From NCBI RefSeq assembly GCF_009914755.1, contig NC_060930.1: a DNA stretch of 64,000 nucleotides. One strand, 5' to 3'. Made by a program: the position numbers and the translations under genes. Shown in pieces: positions 17,541-33,170 of the stretch. This DNA comes from the human T2T-CHM13v2.0 reference genome, Homo sapiens. Position 1 is the first letter of the stretch; every line of letters starts with the position of its first letter. The notes below the pieces were generated by a model. That model ran no database searches, had not been told where the DNA came from, and worked only from the letters and a program-made list of their open reading frames with translations.

Positions 17541-20500
17541 AAAAGCATATCAGGATTACAAGAATGAATGAACCAAACACACTTTCTACAATAAGAACTT
17601 GAAATAAGTATGTCTACACAAAATAAGCTGGAGGTATTGGAAATTACAAGTCGTAAGCTTGTGCTATTGATCAGATAAAGAAAAAGTGCCCAATTTCAGA
17701 GAATTGGGTTGTTTTCAGCAATAAAATGCACTATTAGAAAGCAATCAAGTCAATAATTGCATAGATACCTTGTACGTAACTCGGGAGACATATTTTCACT
17801 CTGTAGGATATTCCATATTGATATTTTAAATCACAAACTGTAATATAATCCTGTTACAAGCAATGGTCTCAAAAAAATAAAATAAAATAAAATAAGGAAT
17901 ATATTCCAACAATAGCACTACTTCCTCACCCTTCTCTCAGCACAAATATTCCTTTGCCTACTGGCCAGACAGTTCCAAAACCTAAACGTGAACAGGTCAA
18001 CTTTAAAGCATCTAGGGGCTCTCATTGTTATAGAATTAACTACAGCCTCCTTAGCATGACACACAACACCCCGCACCTTCAGACCCTGATTTATTTTCCA
18101 GCTCCCTCTCTCTTTCCCATGTTGTGCCTCATGGCAACCTTCCCACCTCTCTGCCTTTGCATGTGCTGTTTCCTGTGCCCACATCATTCTTTCCCATCTG
18201 CTCAGCCAGCTCTTACCAAGTATTCAAGGCACACATCAAATGTAACCTCTTCTTTGTAGATAATTCAACACACCTTCATTTATTACACCACTAATACCTT
18301 ATATATAACATATTTTAAAAGTTATTTTTAGATAATGGTCTCCGCATCCAGGCAATACGTTTCTAAAGGCAAAAATTTTTAATTATTAATTTTTGTGTCT
18401 TTGGTTACTGCTTGATCATTTCTTTTTACTTCAACTAAATAATGAAACACATGTTCTGTTTTTAGTTTACAAACTTTAACTCAGGAATTTCCATAGATAT
18501 GAACAAAACCGTGTTTCAGAGTGAAAGCTGATCACCAATAGATGATGTTAGTGACTGTAGCAGATTGTTACACATTTGGTTATCGTGCACTTCATTCGTT
18601 GATGTGCTTTCTACAGGTATGAGTTAACTGTTTTTCAAACATTAGAAACTTTTTAAGACACTGTAAGTGCAGACATAGTGAACGTTTAAAGTGATATTAA
18701 AAGGCATAAAAATACAAGGGAAATAAAAGCAGAAAAAGGTAAAACTGATAGTGGAGATAAAAAAAGTCAAATGTTGCACATACATAAAGGATGAGTTGTT
18801 TGATGATAGGAACAACTGTAGAGAATAAGGAACAAACTATGTATGCAAGAGTTGTAGTGTGCCTTTGTGGTGACAATAATCCAAATAATCAAAATATGAG
18901 TTCCATAAGGACAGAGACAATGGGTAAGTTTTCAGCTTGGTTTACCATACCTGGCACATAGTACTCTGTACTTATTTATTAAGTTAATGAATCAATTAAT
19001 CAACCAAAGTTGAGGAAATTGGCCAAATAGAATGACATCTTAGTGCATATTTAGAGGATCAGCAATAATGGTTCTTAAAGCCTGAAAGGGAAAACTTAAA
19101 GGTGGAGCTAGATGAAAGTGCTACTGTTCATGATCTATTACTACCCAGGAATAATTCACTGAGTTAAAGACCCCTTAAAGTCTCCTGAAAAAAAGTGTGT
19201 GGCAAGGTAGTACATGCCAAAATTACTGCTGCTAAGGATCTCTCCGCCACATTAGAGGAAAGAGGCTACATGCCTCACTGGTGTCTCAATCTATGAAAAT
19301 AATTGATTCTTTAAAATATGCCTAAAAAGTTGTCAACAATAATTATAGTACTGCATTGGTTTACAAATGGGCAGAAAAAAAAATTGTCTACTCATCTTCA
19401 TGTCTTCATGCCAAGGTGAAAGAGAAATCTTAGCCTTGCAGATCAGTGGTGTCTCAACTTTTTCAAGTACAAGAGACCCTTTTCCATTACTCTGTCTCCT
19501 TTGAGTAAATGTTCAGTCATTCAAATTTTCTCCCATCTCCATGCTCACCTTCAAGGTGGATCTCGGTTGAAGATACAAGTGAAGAAAGATAGAAGGTTTA
19601 TAAGGCTTCATTGTGGGGGAGGAACAACATAAATGTTCTGGTCTTGTCCTGTGTCTTTTGGGATCTCTGTTCTTCATGGTGCTGTCCCTTGTCAGCCTCA
19701 TCATTGGCACCCTGTTGGTCTCAAGGCAGCTTGTGTTCTCTTGTTTGCATATCTTGCTGAGCCAACCCTACATTAGCTTATACCTGCACTGTGGGCCTCC
19801 TATGAGGTCTGTCTATAACTTCTATTCGGTCCCTGCCTCAGCAAGTTTCCTTTTCTCCAGTCTTTGTGAAACATCAGTTTGTCGTAATTAGAATAGGTCT
19901 CTGCCAAGTTAACCAGTCAAACTCTTAACTATATTCACCCTCTCCCTCAGAGTATGTCAGAATTTCTATGACATCAGAGTCTGAGGTCAGCCTTGAGAAT
20001 TCTCAGTCAAGCTTATTTATCCAGACATCTTCTTTGGCTACTGCTAAACTAATGTACATCATTACTATAATCCCACTGTGTTATTTTGAGACCATAAGCT
20101 AAGGCAGTGTCTTTCTAGGTTTCCAAAAGAGAGAGTGAGCTAATATTCCTCAGCTTTAGACTTTAAGGTAAAGAACACAACTTGTTCTCTGATGTTTGGA
20201 TCCAAAGTAAGAAGCCCTGTCATATACTTGACCTCCATCTTCTTCTTCCCACAATACCGTGGAAAATGCAAGTGGCTTCCTACTTCCCCTTCCCCTCTTA
20301 GTAGAACTTTGTTTCTACCTTGCCCTGCTTCTTCTGGAGAAAAGACACTTGTCTCAGTCTTAATTGCAAAGTGCTATCCTTTCTTTACAATGAGAGATAC
20401 TTGTGATCTGCTTCAGCCAACTGAAGTTCTTCATAAAGAAATTGCATCTTGGAAATATAAAGACAATAATTTGTTAGCTAAATTTCTTAAAAATGTTATT

Positions 20501-20811
20501 CCCACCTTTTCCAGTTTTAAAGTTCAAGGAGCAATTTTCACTCCTATTTGGTATCTAGCCTGTTTGTAGAAGAAATTTTCCTGTAGCTAGGGCAAAATTA
20601 TTTGTGAGAAATGTAGTGGGCATATGAATTATTTACATGTATCATAAAAGCTCATGATTCATGAGTAATATGTACTATAAATAATATTCTATTGCTTAAC
20701 ATAACACCACAAAACTATAAATTTGGCCATCTTTAAATGAGCTCTATTAGCTAAATGTAAAGAAATAAGGAACATTCAAATCCTGAGTTATATGTCACTA
20801 TTAACATTTAG

Positions 20812-21203
<392 letters not shown>

Positions 21204-21739
21204 ATGAGTTATATTAATATTAATAAATAATTTGAAATAACAAAATTCCTATGTGCATTCAACACTAAAAAAGATTAACCCAACAGGAAAAAAATCATAA
21301 CTGATTATGTATTTCGTCTGTAGGTCTTGGAAGCTATATAGATTCCCTATCTACATTTCTAAATAAAAGTTTTTCGTATTTCTCTATTTTATTTTCCTTG
21401 TGTATATTAAGATGGTATAATGTATGTTTAAGATAGTTTTAAATAAAAAATAGGCTTCTGTCATAAACACACTCTCTCTTTTTGGAATGCCAAAAGATTC
21501 ACCTTCACCATCCCATCAATAATGTCTGTTTCACATTCACTCTGTGTGACGTGCAATGCTAAAGGCTCAAGATGTAAAGTTGATTGAGACACAATGAGCT
21601 TTATATTTAGTTTGAACATAGAAAATATAATTGTAAAAGATTTCTAATATAAAGGAGCTAATAGTAAGAGACAAATGTATGACATCCCTCATTGATTATT
21701 ACTCTGGTAAACACCTGTTCAGTGCTCAGATGCAGAGCA

Positions 21740-21985
21740 GAGGGCACTGTGTCAAGGGGGAGAGAACCTAATCTTTGAGGTCTGACAAGTCTGTATGCCT
21801 CTCTGCTCCTGAAACTTACTAAATGGAAGAACTTGGGCAAGTCACTTAATGTCTCTGGGTCTGCTTGCTTGTCTACAAAATGGAATAACAATAGTCATCA
21901 GATTGTAAGGATTAAATGAGATATAAGGATTAAATGAGATGTTAATGTCAAAGGCTAGTCACAGTGACTGGCATAGATACACTGT
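21740..21985 (+). mobile_element. MIR containing an 18-bp tandem duplication (21906-21940)
   Basis: acttgggcaagtcacttaatgtctctggg...taaggattaaatgagata taaggattaaatgagat. Confidence 0.7.
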
Positions 21986-22936
21986 TTCTCTCTCCAAAGA
22001 CCCCATACAGCATGTGAGCCATGCTTCCTTTTTCCAGAGCCATATGTGGTCCTCTGAATTTACTCACTCTTTTTCAGAGCACTGTATTGCTCATTTGTTC
22101 TAGAATATATTTCTTGTTGTATGGGGATTGAGAGAAAGAAGGACCAGAAAGAACAGGATAGTGTGGGCTATGGAGAATTTGTTGGTTTATGATTGAGAAT
22201 CTTTGTTCAAGAATCATATACAACATATTACAATGTTTATTTCTATGTGATATACTAACTTAGCAGCCACACACATAATTTTCACTTTATCTTATTTTAC
22301 AGTGCTTTGTGGGTTAAAAACTTTGATCTGTTAAACTATTTTAGATGAAGATTTTGAATTTATTTTGCCCTTTCCTCTGCATGTTTTATATGGAATCTGT
22401 TCATTTCTGTTTTTCCCATCTAGAGACTTGGTGAATTCAGCAAGTAAATTTGGTTTCTTGAATGTCAGTGTTCACATTTGGTTTAATCATGTAAAAATTT
22501 TAGAAGAAAAAATCACTGCATAAAAATATCTATAGTCCTTAAAATAATATTAATTATCAAACAAAAAATTACTCAATTGGCTAATATATATATAACTTTT
22601 CGCCAGACCCCAAAAATGATACACTTGTAGAATTATAGACAAATAACATTTGAATCAATTGCACAAAATTCACCTTAATAAAAACTAAATCCAGTTGACA
22701 ACAAAGATCCGGAATCTGGAGCCCAGAATAACAGCAGTGATTGCCATTTGAGAATGTCACTCATTTTTCCTCAAAGTGGTGGTTTTACCACCCGCTCTCT
22801 GACCTTCTACATACAATTCTAGCAAGCTCACTTAAATTTTTTTAAGGAGGAGATAAATACATGTTCCATTGATTTCAATGATATTTTTAGAATTCTGGCA
22901 CTTTTTTCATGATAATATAAATCAGTTTCCTAAGAA

Positions 22937-22947
22937 GTGTGTGTGTT

Positions 22948-22998
<51 letters not shown>
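22937..22998 (+). repeat. Compound (GT)n(GA)16 microsatellite
   Basis: Read directly from sequence. Confidence 0.95.
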
Positions 22999-23001
<3 letters not shown>

Positions 23002-23204
23002 AAAATACCTAGAACAAAAGGCCTAGAAAGATGCAGTGTTAACTGTTAACAGTGCCATGTTCAACTCTCAGGAGTGAGATTACAAACAGAAAATTTTTTA
23101 TTCGATATACTCCTATATTCTTTGCATTTCCACCACATCTACTACAGTTATAATTTTTAATTAAGGAAAAATATTTCATTATGCACATAATATAACAAAG
23201 CATA

Positions 23205-24530
23205 CATTTGAGGCTTCTTCCTTCAAGTTTCCCCCTCTCAGAAAATAAAACCATCATTAGCTCTTTTGCTTAGGTGCAAAACCTAAGATTTGTATTTGCC
23301 TTCTTTTTCCTTTACACAGTACTTCCAGACTATCAGCAAAATCTGTTGGCTCTGCCCTCAGAACATATCCTGAATCAAACAATTTCTCACCTACTCCAAC
23401 GGCAGCCTTGTCTAAGCCACATTCTCTTCTCATGTGGGCTGCTACACGTGCCTATTAATCCATCGACAGCTTCTGTTCTAGCTCTCTAAAGTCAATGGTT
23501 CATGCTGCAGTAAATTGCTCATCTTTAAATGTAAGTCACTCGTGTCAGTTACCTGCTCAAAAACCTGTCCACATTATACTCAGAACAAAGACTAACCCCC
23601 TTATCGCCACATGATCTGATCCCTGTCTTTTTTTTTTTTTTTCAGTCCTACCTTCTACCACTCTCTCCTCCTTTCATTCTTTCATTCTGGCCTGACTGCT
23701 GTTCATCAAACACATCAAAGCCCTTCTAATTGACATGCTTGTTTCATTTGCTAGGTTTTGCGTATCAAAAACCACAGACTAGATGGCTTAAACAACAGAA
23801 ATATGTTTATTCACAATTCTAGAGGCTGGAAGTCCAAGGTGAGGGTATCAGTCAGCAGGTTTGATTTCTTCTCTCTCTCCAGCTCACAACCTTCTCTCTG
23901 GGTCCTCACATGGTCTTTGTTCTGTGCTCACATATTATCTGTGTCCACATTTTCTCCTCTTACAAGGACATTAATGATATTGAATGAGGGATCAGTCATA
24001 CGGCCTCATTTTACCTTAATTAGCCTATCTCCAAAGGCCCTATCTCCAAGTACAATCACTTTCTGAGGTACCAGGATTAGGATTTAAATGTATGAATTTT
24101 GAGGAATGCAATTCATCCCATAAGAATGTTATTTCCTCTAGCTAAAATGTTCTTTTCTAAGAACTTTCATGGTTCATTTTTTTCATATCATCCCATCTTC
24201 TGCTCAAATGTCCTCTCCTCAAGCAAGCTGTCTTTTCCACCAATTAATGAAAGGATACATACCCTCTTCGTTCTGTCTTACTCTGCTTTTGTTTTCTTTA
24301 TGGCACTTCAATCACTTTGTAGCACTATGTGATTTTTTTTTAATTTTATTGTTTATCACACTTCCAGCACACCTACTCATGAGCGTGCACACACACACAC
24401 ACAGAGACACTCATGCTTTATGAAAGCAGGGGTTTTCCACTTTCTTATTTATTGCTGTAACCCCAATGTGTAGAATTACACCAAGAGCATTGTAGACATT
24501 CAAAAAGTATTAACCTAATGAATTAATATT
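23205..24530 (+). mobile_element. L2 (L2a-like) 3' fragment split by an MLT1 LTR
   Basis: atcagcaaaatctgttggctctgccctcagaacatatcctgaatc and degenerate L2 3'-end-like sequence near 24420-24525; boundaries approximate. Confidence 0.6.
23740..24125 (-). mobile_element. MaLR solo LTR (MLT1B/C-like)
   Basis: ggcttaaacaacagaaat...ttctagaggctggaagtccaag...gcaattcatcccataa typical of antisense MLT1. Confidence 0.8.
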
Positions 24531-24583
24531 TTACAGATTTTGCAAATAAATAGCATGGAGGCACTGGGAAAAAAAAATAATTA

Positions 24584-24935
<352 letters not shown>

Positions 24936-25052
24936 TTATTAATGGACATGCTCACTAAAATTACTGTTTGCTGTTGGCTATTTAACAACTAATTTAACAT
25001 TATGTGTTTTACCATGATTGATGTGATTTATTAATTATTCACTGAGTTAGAC

Positions 25053-25263
25053 CAGCTGTTCTCAATCAGGGGTAATTTTGTTCCCCGGGGGACATTTGAG
25101 AGTGCCAGAGATATATTTGGTTGTCACAGCTAGACTAAGAGTGCTACTGGCATCTAGCAGGTAGCAGCCAGGGATGCTATTAAACATCATACAATTCAAA
25201 GCATAGCCTCTCACAACAATTATTTGGCCCCGAATGTCAATAGCACTGGGTTGAAAAGTCCTG
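25053..25263 (+). mobile_element. MER20 (hAT-Charlie non-autonomous element)
   Basis: cagctgttctcaatcaggggtaattttg...ggttgtcaca...gtgctactggcatctag...aatgtcaatagcactgggttgaaaagtcctg. Confidence 0.85.
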
Positions 25264-25487
25264 CTCTAAAAAAGTTTGCATCAAAATAATAGAGAATCTT
25301 TGACTAATGTACCGCTAATTCAACCCCATGACATTTTTGGCATAAAAGATGAATTCTATATAATAAAATATCAATATGTTTTTTTGTTAAGCCCGATTTT
25401 TAGCCAGCCCCAGACAAAACTACAGATTATTCAACTTTCCTTTAGGAAGCTTTTTACTTTTCCCCTTCTGCCTCATTCCTCTTTTGA

Positions 25488-26167
<680 letters not shown>

Positions 26168-28639
26168 CGGCCAATATTTCTTTATCCCCATCAGTGTGTT
26201 CCCTTAAAAGCCAGAATGTCCCCACACCCAACTCCATTCCCCAGGGTTTAGAGCTTTTTCTAAATACGACACTAGGGTTTATCCTTGCCCAGGTTAAGCT
26301 CCAGATTTCTCACCAAGTTTTGTCACTTGCTCATGTCATTCACCATGCTAGAACACTGTAAACAACTCATGAAAAAATTTAGCAAGAAAACATGTAGAGT
26401 TCTATATTTAAGTTTCATCAACTGAATTTCACCAGGATAGGATCAGGGAGATTTAAACAAGGCTCATGTTGAAAAGATCTGGGATATTTTATCAATCCCT
26501 GCCTCCCTAGTGAACATGAACCAGAACTGTACTGAAAGCTTTATGCCCCAATCCAAGAACGTAATGGACCAACCACTTGAGCTGGTAAACAATACCTGGA
26601 ATATATAAGAAATCCACAATAGTTATGTAAGAATCCATTTCTAGGAGTACATTGACAAATTACTATATTCAGAGGAATCACTAAAACGGCTGGGAAATTC
26701 AAAGCCATGTTTTGTGTGGAACAACTAAAAAAAACTTGAAATTCTGGTGCAATAGAACACTTAGGATAAATAGAATAGCAACCTTTAAATGGATGTGCAA
26801 TGGGTACTAAAAAAGTTACAAAAATTATTTTATTTACTTTCGAGGAAAGAAGAACTAATACTACCAAGTTGAAGGTATAGCGTTGCAGGGACTGAGTTAG
26901 GCTCCATATGGAAGAATTTTATGTCATCTTGGCAAAAACTATGGCTGCACAGATCGCATGTTTCTTATTACTAGAAAAATGTAAGCAGACACCATGGTCT
27001 GCTTCTCAGGGATACTACAAAAGGAATTCATATTTTAGGTAGAAAGGTAGACTGGAAATCAGTATACGCCCTTCAAATTATAGGGTTCTATAAGTCTAAC
27101 CATTCTTCTATTAAAAACAATTTTTAACTATTTTCTCCTTCCAAAATAATGTGCCATAAGACTTTCTCTTTACTTTCAATACCCCTAAGAAAATAAAGAA
27201 ATGCAGTGTATTGTTTACCATATTTCAGACACTAGAAGATCATGTGATCAAATAAGTACCCTAATTTGATGTTACAATAAAACTTGATGTCACTTTTTCT
27301 AACATGCAAATATAATTTACTTTAGGCATTAGGGTAAGAATCTATATAATCTTTAGCAGCACAATTCTGCTCTACTTATTTATTTTTATTTTTATTTAAA
27401 TACTTTCTTAGATATATTTTTTCAGGTAGTTATAAAATTTTTCTTTAAATTATATTTTTTATTTAAGAGTTATTAAGAAATAATAGAAAAAGCAATTAAT
27501 TAGATACAAAGCGATATAAGCTCCTAGTCCTGGCCACTAATGAGTATGCCCTCTGTCCAGCTAAGTAGTCTGTTGATCTCATTTTTCTCATCCTTAAAAT
27601 TAGAGTTTGGACTAGATGATCCTTAAGATTTTTCTCACCTCTTAATTTTTATGATCCTGTTACTTGACATCATAGGTAAATTTACTATCAAAGCTGCTAG
27701 CGTAAGTCTTGAAGACTTCCAAGAGTTATAAAAAGACCAGGAAATCAAAGGAAAGGGATAGACCCTGGCATATCCTGGTGTTTCATGTTATTATTGACAT
27801 TGAGAGGTTTCAGTAGTACTGTAGTACCCCAATCAGTGAATAAGAGAAGTCACAGATTTTTGAGGGTTAATTACTCATCCAGTTTGGTATGGTGGAATCA
27901 AAAAGGAGGATGGAATGCACACATAAATAAGAGGAAGGAAAATAAACCCATGTCATATTTCTTCATTTTCTTTTGTTCCATTCTGCCCAGACACCCACTA
28001 CCTTGCAGTGGTCAAGAAGCGCTGGATTTCTTTGACAAGGGTGAAGAAGCCATTCTGAAATATCTATGGAAGCCTAAATGTCAAGCCACAGTGTTGATTA
28101 ATATTGGTTGGAGCACTGATTGGTGTTTCACACTTGGATGTCTTTAATGCCACATCAATGTAACTGTAAATGGTAGCCAAAGCCAATACTAGTGCCTAGT
28201 TCACTAGTGAAATAGGAGAAGTCACTGTATAAGCTGCTATCTTTCCTTCACCAGATGGGGATAATTTTTCTTTCTTCAAAATAAAATTCCAACCTCAGTT
28301 CCCCTGTGTAGCGTACGTGTCACTTAAATATTGATCCAACGTGGGTTATCAAGATTCTTTAAAATTTTTTAAGTACGCTCTTGAGATTATTTAATTGAAA
28401 TCTTCTCCTTGTTGTCTCAAAACTTTAGGCAAGTAGATTACACTCTTTATAAGAACACATTGTAAATGTACTTTAACAACTTGCTTGACTTAATAACGTA
28501 ACTCAATAATTTTTTAATTTTTTCTTTTTCCTGCAAAGAAAGCCTATGAATATGATTTAAACCAGTAGTTTGTCCACTATCTATAACAAAATAGGTCTCG
28601 TATTTTTAGGTGACAACCTATAATTTCCCAGCATGAAAT

Positions 28640-29220
28640 ATGTTAGAGGTATTAATTTAGACTGAGAACTCACTCTTAATTTGTTGATGTTCTGGATAGC
28701 TCGGCTTGCCCCTCCAGTGTGACCCAGGAGGCTGACCAGTATGGACCATATAAGTGAACTCCAGGGCCCTCTGGCTTCCAGCTGGGCTCGCAGATAGAGA
28801 ATACCAGGAGATAAGGAATAGAGTGGGGCTGGAGGACATTTTATACACACACGCACACACGCATGCACGCACACACACATCTCTGCCTCCCTCCCCAGTG
28901 GGTCATTTCAGGCTGGCTGTAACTCTCCACAGAAAGTCACTGAGGATATCCTCTGCACCACTTCCTCTTTCCAAATTCTGGTTACCGCTTCCTCTCCTTC
29001 TCCTTTCAACAACAAGGGTGGCAACAACTCCACTGCTACCAGCTGGCATACTGTGTTACTCTTTTTGGTTTTCTTACCCTATGCCCTTGTTTTGATAAAC
29101 AATATCTTTTTCAAACCATTCTGAAATTGCTCTAATTTGAGTGAACTATCTGAGTTTTGTTTGTTTTGTTTTGGTTTTTGTTTTTGTGTTTGTTTTTTTT
29201 TCTGGAGCCTGATCTTATAG
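28640..29220 (+). mobile_element. Degenerate ERVL-class LTR remnant
   Basis: End region ataaac...aatttgagtgaactatctg resembles 3' ends of ancient ERVL LTRs; family unresolved. Confidence 0.3.
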
Positions 29221-29229
29221 ATGAAGTTT

Positions 29230-30820
<1,591 letters not shown>

Positions 30821-31184
30821 CCTTCCCTGGCCTCTTAATCGGACACATATGTCGCTGTGATTGTTTTAAAAACAAGACACTAACTACATTCCTGTTTCTT
30901 CTACCACAGTGTTCTAACCCTACCTGCTTCCTCACCCCTCCAATATAAAGAGAATTTTAAAAAGCACTTTATATTCCCTCCATTCCTTAGTTCTTATATA
31001 AACTTCCCACCTTTTGGGATACTTCTATATCCACTTTCTTGTCTCCACATACCTATGGTTTGCTGAGATAGTTTAGTGCTTACCGTATCAAAACTTCCCT
31101 TATGGAAAGTCTCTTGTATTTCAAGAATCCAGCACTCACATTATATATTCTTAAATAGTGTTTTCTTAAACTAATATATAGAGC

Positions 31185-31425
31185 AATAATGACAGTTGAG
31201 CATATATTGTGTGCTAGGTTCTCTTCTAAATCTTTACATTTTTTAGCTAATTATTTGAGACCATACTATGGGATAAGCTCCACCATTTTTCTTATTCTTT
31301 TACAGATGAAGAAGTCAAACAAAGAGATGTTAAATACTTGCCTAATTTCACACAGCCAGTGAGTGATATAATCAGAAACTGAATCCAGGTGTGCTGCTCA
31401 GGGCCTGTGTACATAATTCCTGGGC
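31185..31425 (-). mobile_element. MIR
   Basis: ttttacagatgaagaagtc...gttaaatacttgcctaatttcacacagccagtgagtg. Confidence 0.7.
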
Positions 31426-31799
31426 CACCCTGCCTTGCCCCACCATGACTGTCTCTTTTATCTTGGTCCAGGTTGAGGTGTCTGCCTGAGGTCGTTTGTT
31501 GTTTCGTTATAGTCTTTTCTCATGCATTTTCCTTATATGGGGAACTTGGGTGGCATTCAGTTAGTGCTTACCTATCCACGACTTCACGTTTTTCCTGACA
31601 TGTGAATGAATTCTGGTTGTGTAAAGGATTCTTGGGCTGTGGGTCTTTTCTCTCAATGGTCTGTCTTCTAGTTTCCAACTGAAAATGAGAGGTCTTCTTT
31701 ACCTTCATTTGGCTAAGGGACTGTGGGATGACAGAGAACAGGGAAGCTTCTTCCTGCAACCTAAGGAGGGTTGACATCCTGCCCACAGCCCACAACCTA

Positions 31800-32345
31800 T
31801 AATAAAAGGACCAGGCAAACAATGTGGATACATGCACTGCTGTATCAGACAGATGATCATCTGAAAAAAATTAATAATGAATGCTGAAGGAGATCCAAAT
31901 GTAATATAAAACAAAACAAAATATCCTCTGGAGATTACAATCATTATTTTCCAATGAAAACAAATCAGTTGATAATAAATAAGAATGAGTTTAACCAGTG
32001 AATGACCAGAATCAGTAGCCTAATTTTAATAAATCTTAAAGCACAGAAATTAAATTATAGCTTAAAACACAGGAAGTAGTAGAAGGCATGTGGTAAAAGA
32101 TGAAAAAGTTATGGAAAGCCTGACAAGCAAATATTGGGTATTTGGGAAGAAAGCAATGAAATAGATACATGAAAATATAATATGTCTGGGCTGGGGAAAG
32201 ATCTGAATCTGCACACTGAAAGAGGACAGTAAGATCCAATATGTTTTGATGAAAAAGGTGTACATCTAGGCATATCCTGATGGATAAGAAAAATAACTTA
32301 AAAACCTCTATATAGGAAGAACAAATTACGTACTGACAGAAAATT
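31800..32345 (+). mobile_element. Old L1M ORF1-region remnant
   Basis: A-rich degenerate ORF1-like text (gaatctgcacactgaaagagg...acatctaggcatatcctg). Confidence 0.4.
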
Positions 32346-32989
32346 ACAGTGTTGTCAATGTAGAGAACAAACTGGCTCCCACCCCAGAATAATAAATAAA
32401 TTTATTTTTTCCATGATTGTTAGACAATATATTCAAGAGAAGGAAACTCATTCTTCAGGACAATTGACCCTATTTCCTTAATAAGTCAGTGTCATGATAA
32501 AAGAGATTTGCTCCATGAAAATAGACCCAAAGGGACATACCCACCAGATGCACTCTGTGGGTGGGAATTAGATACTGTTTAGATAAACCAGCAGCAAAAG
32601 TCATTCTGGAATCAACTGAAGAAATTTAAATAAGGTTTGGGTATCATATTAGATGAAAATGCACTGAAACAGTAGACTAAAAGATGGCTAACTGGAAAAA
32701 GCAGGTTATAGTATAAACAATTACACAAATACACACATATATTCATATATTTATATGTATGTAAACGCATAACATGCAAAATATAGATATGCATACAAAC
32801 TGTGTATATATATAAAAACTATACGTTTATAAAATGTATTTATATATATATGAAAAATTTGAGAAGACATGCATTAGAGTTTCTACATGGTATTCTGTGG
32901 TTGGTGGCAATATGGCATTTATTCATTGTACTTTTCTAATTTTCAACAATGCAAATTAGTATTTTCATAAAATTTTTTCAAAAGTATTG

Positions 32990-33170
32990 AAGGATGAGGA
33001 GGAGGAAGAAAAGGATAGAAAGAAAATGAAAAGCAATAGGAGACAGGGAGGGGGAAGAATGGGAGGAGAAAACGATGTGGAGGAAGAGGAGAAGTAGGAA
33101 GGGAGGTGCTGAAAGGAAATCCAAGGACCACCAGGTAGAAGGAGGGTAAAGATTCAAGGACAAAGGACAG
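32990..33170 (+). repeat. GA-rich low-complexity polypurine tract
   Basis: Direct composition. Confidence 0.85.

Noticed and set aside
17858-17900. gtctc + (AAAAT)n as an extremely truncated Alu
   Set aside because: Only ~5 nt match an Alu end and the putative TSD (aagcaat/aaggaat) is too short to distinguish from chance.
18466-18616. Plus-strand exon ending CAG|GTATGA as a coding exon
   Set aside because: Stops in all three frames; cannot be distinguished from a pseudoexon.
19613-19891. Hydrophobic 92-aa ORF resembling a membrane peptide
   Set aside because: GTG start, T-rich composition explains hydrophobicity, and no supporting exon structure or homology.
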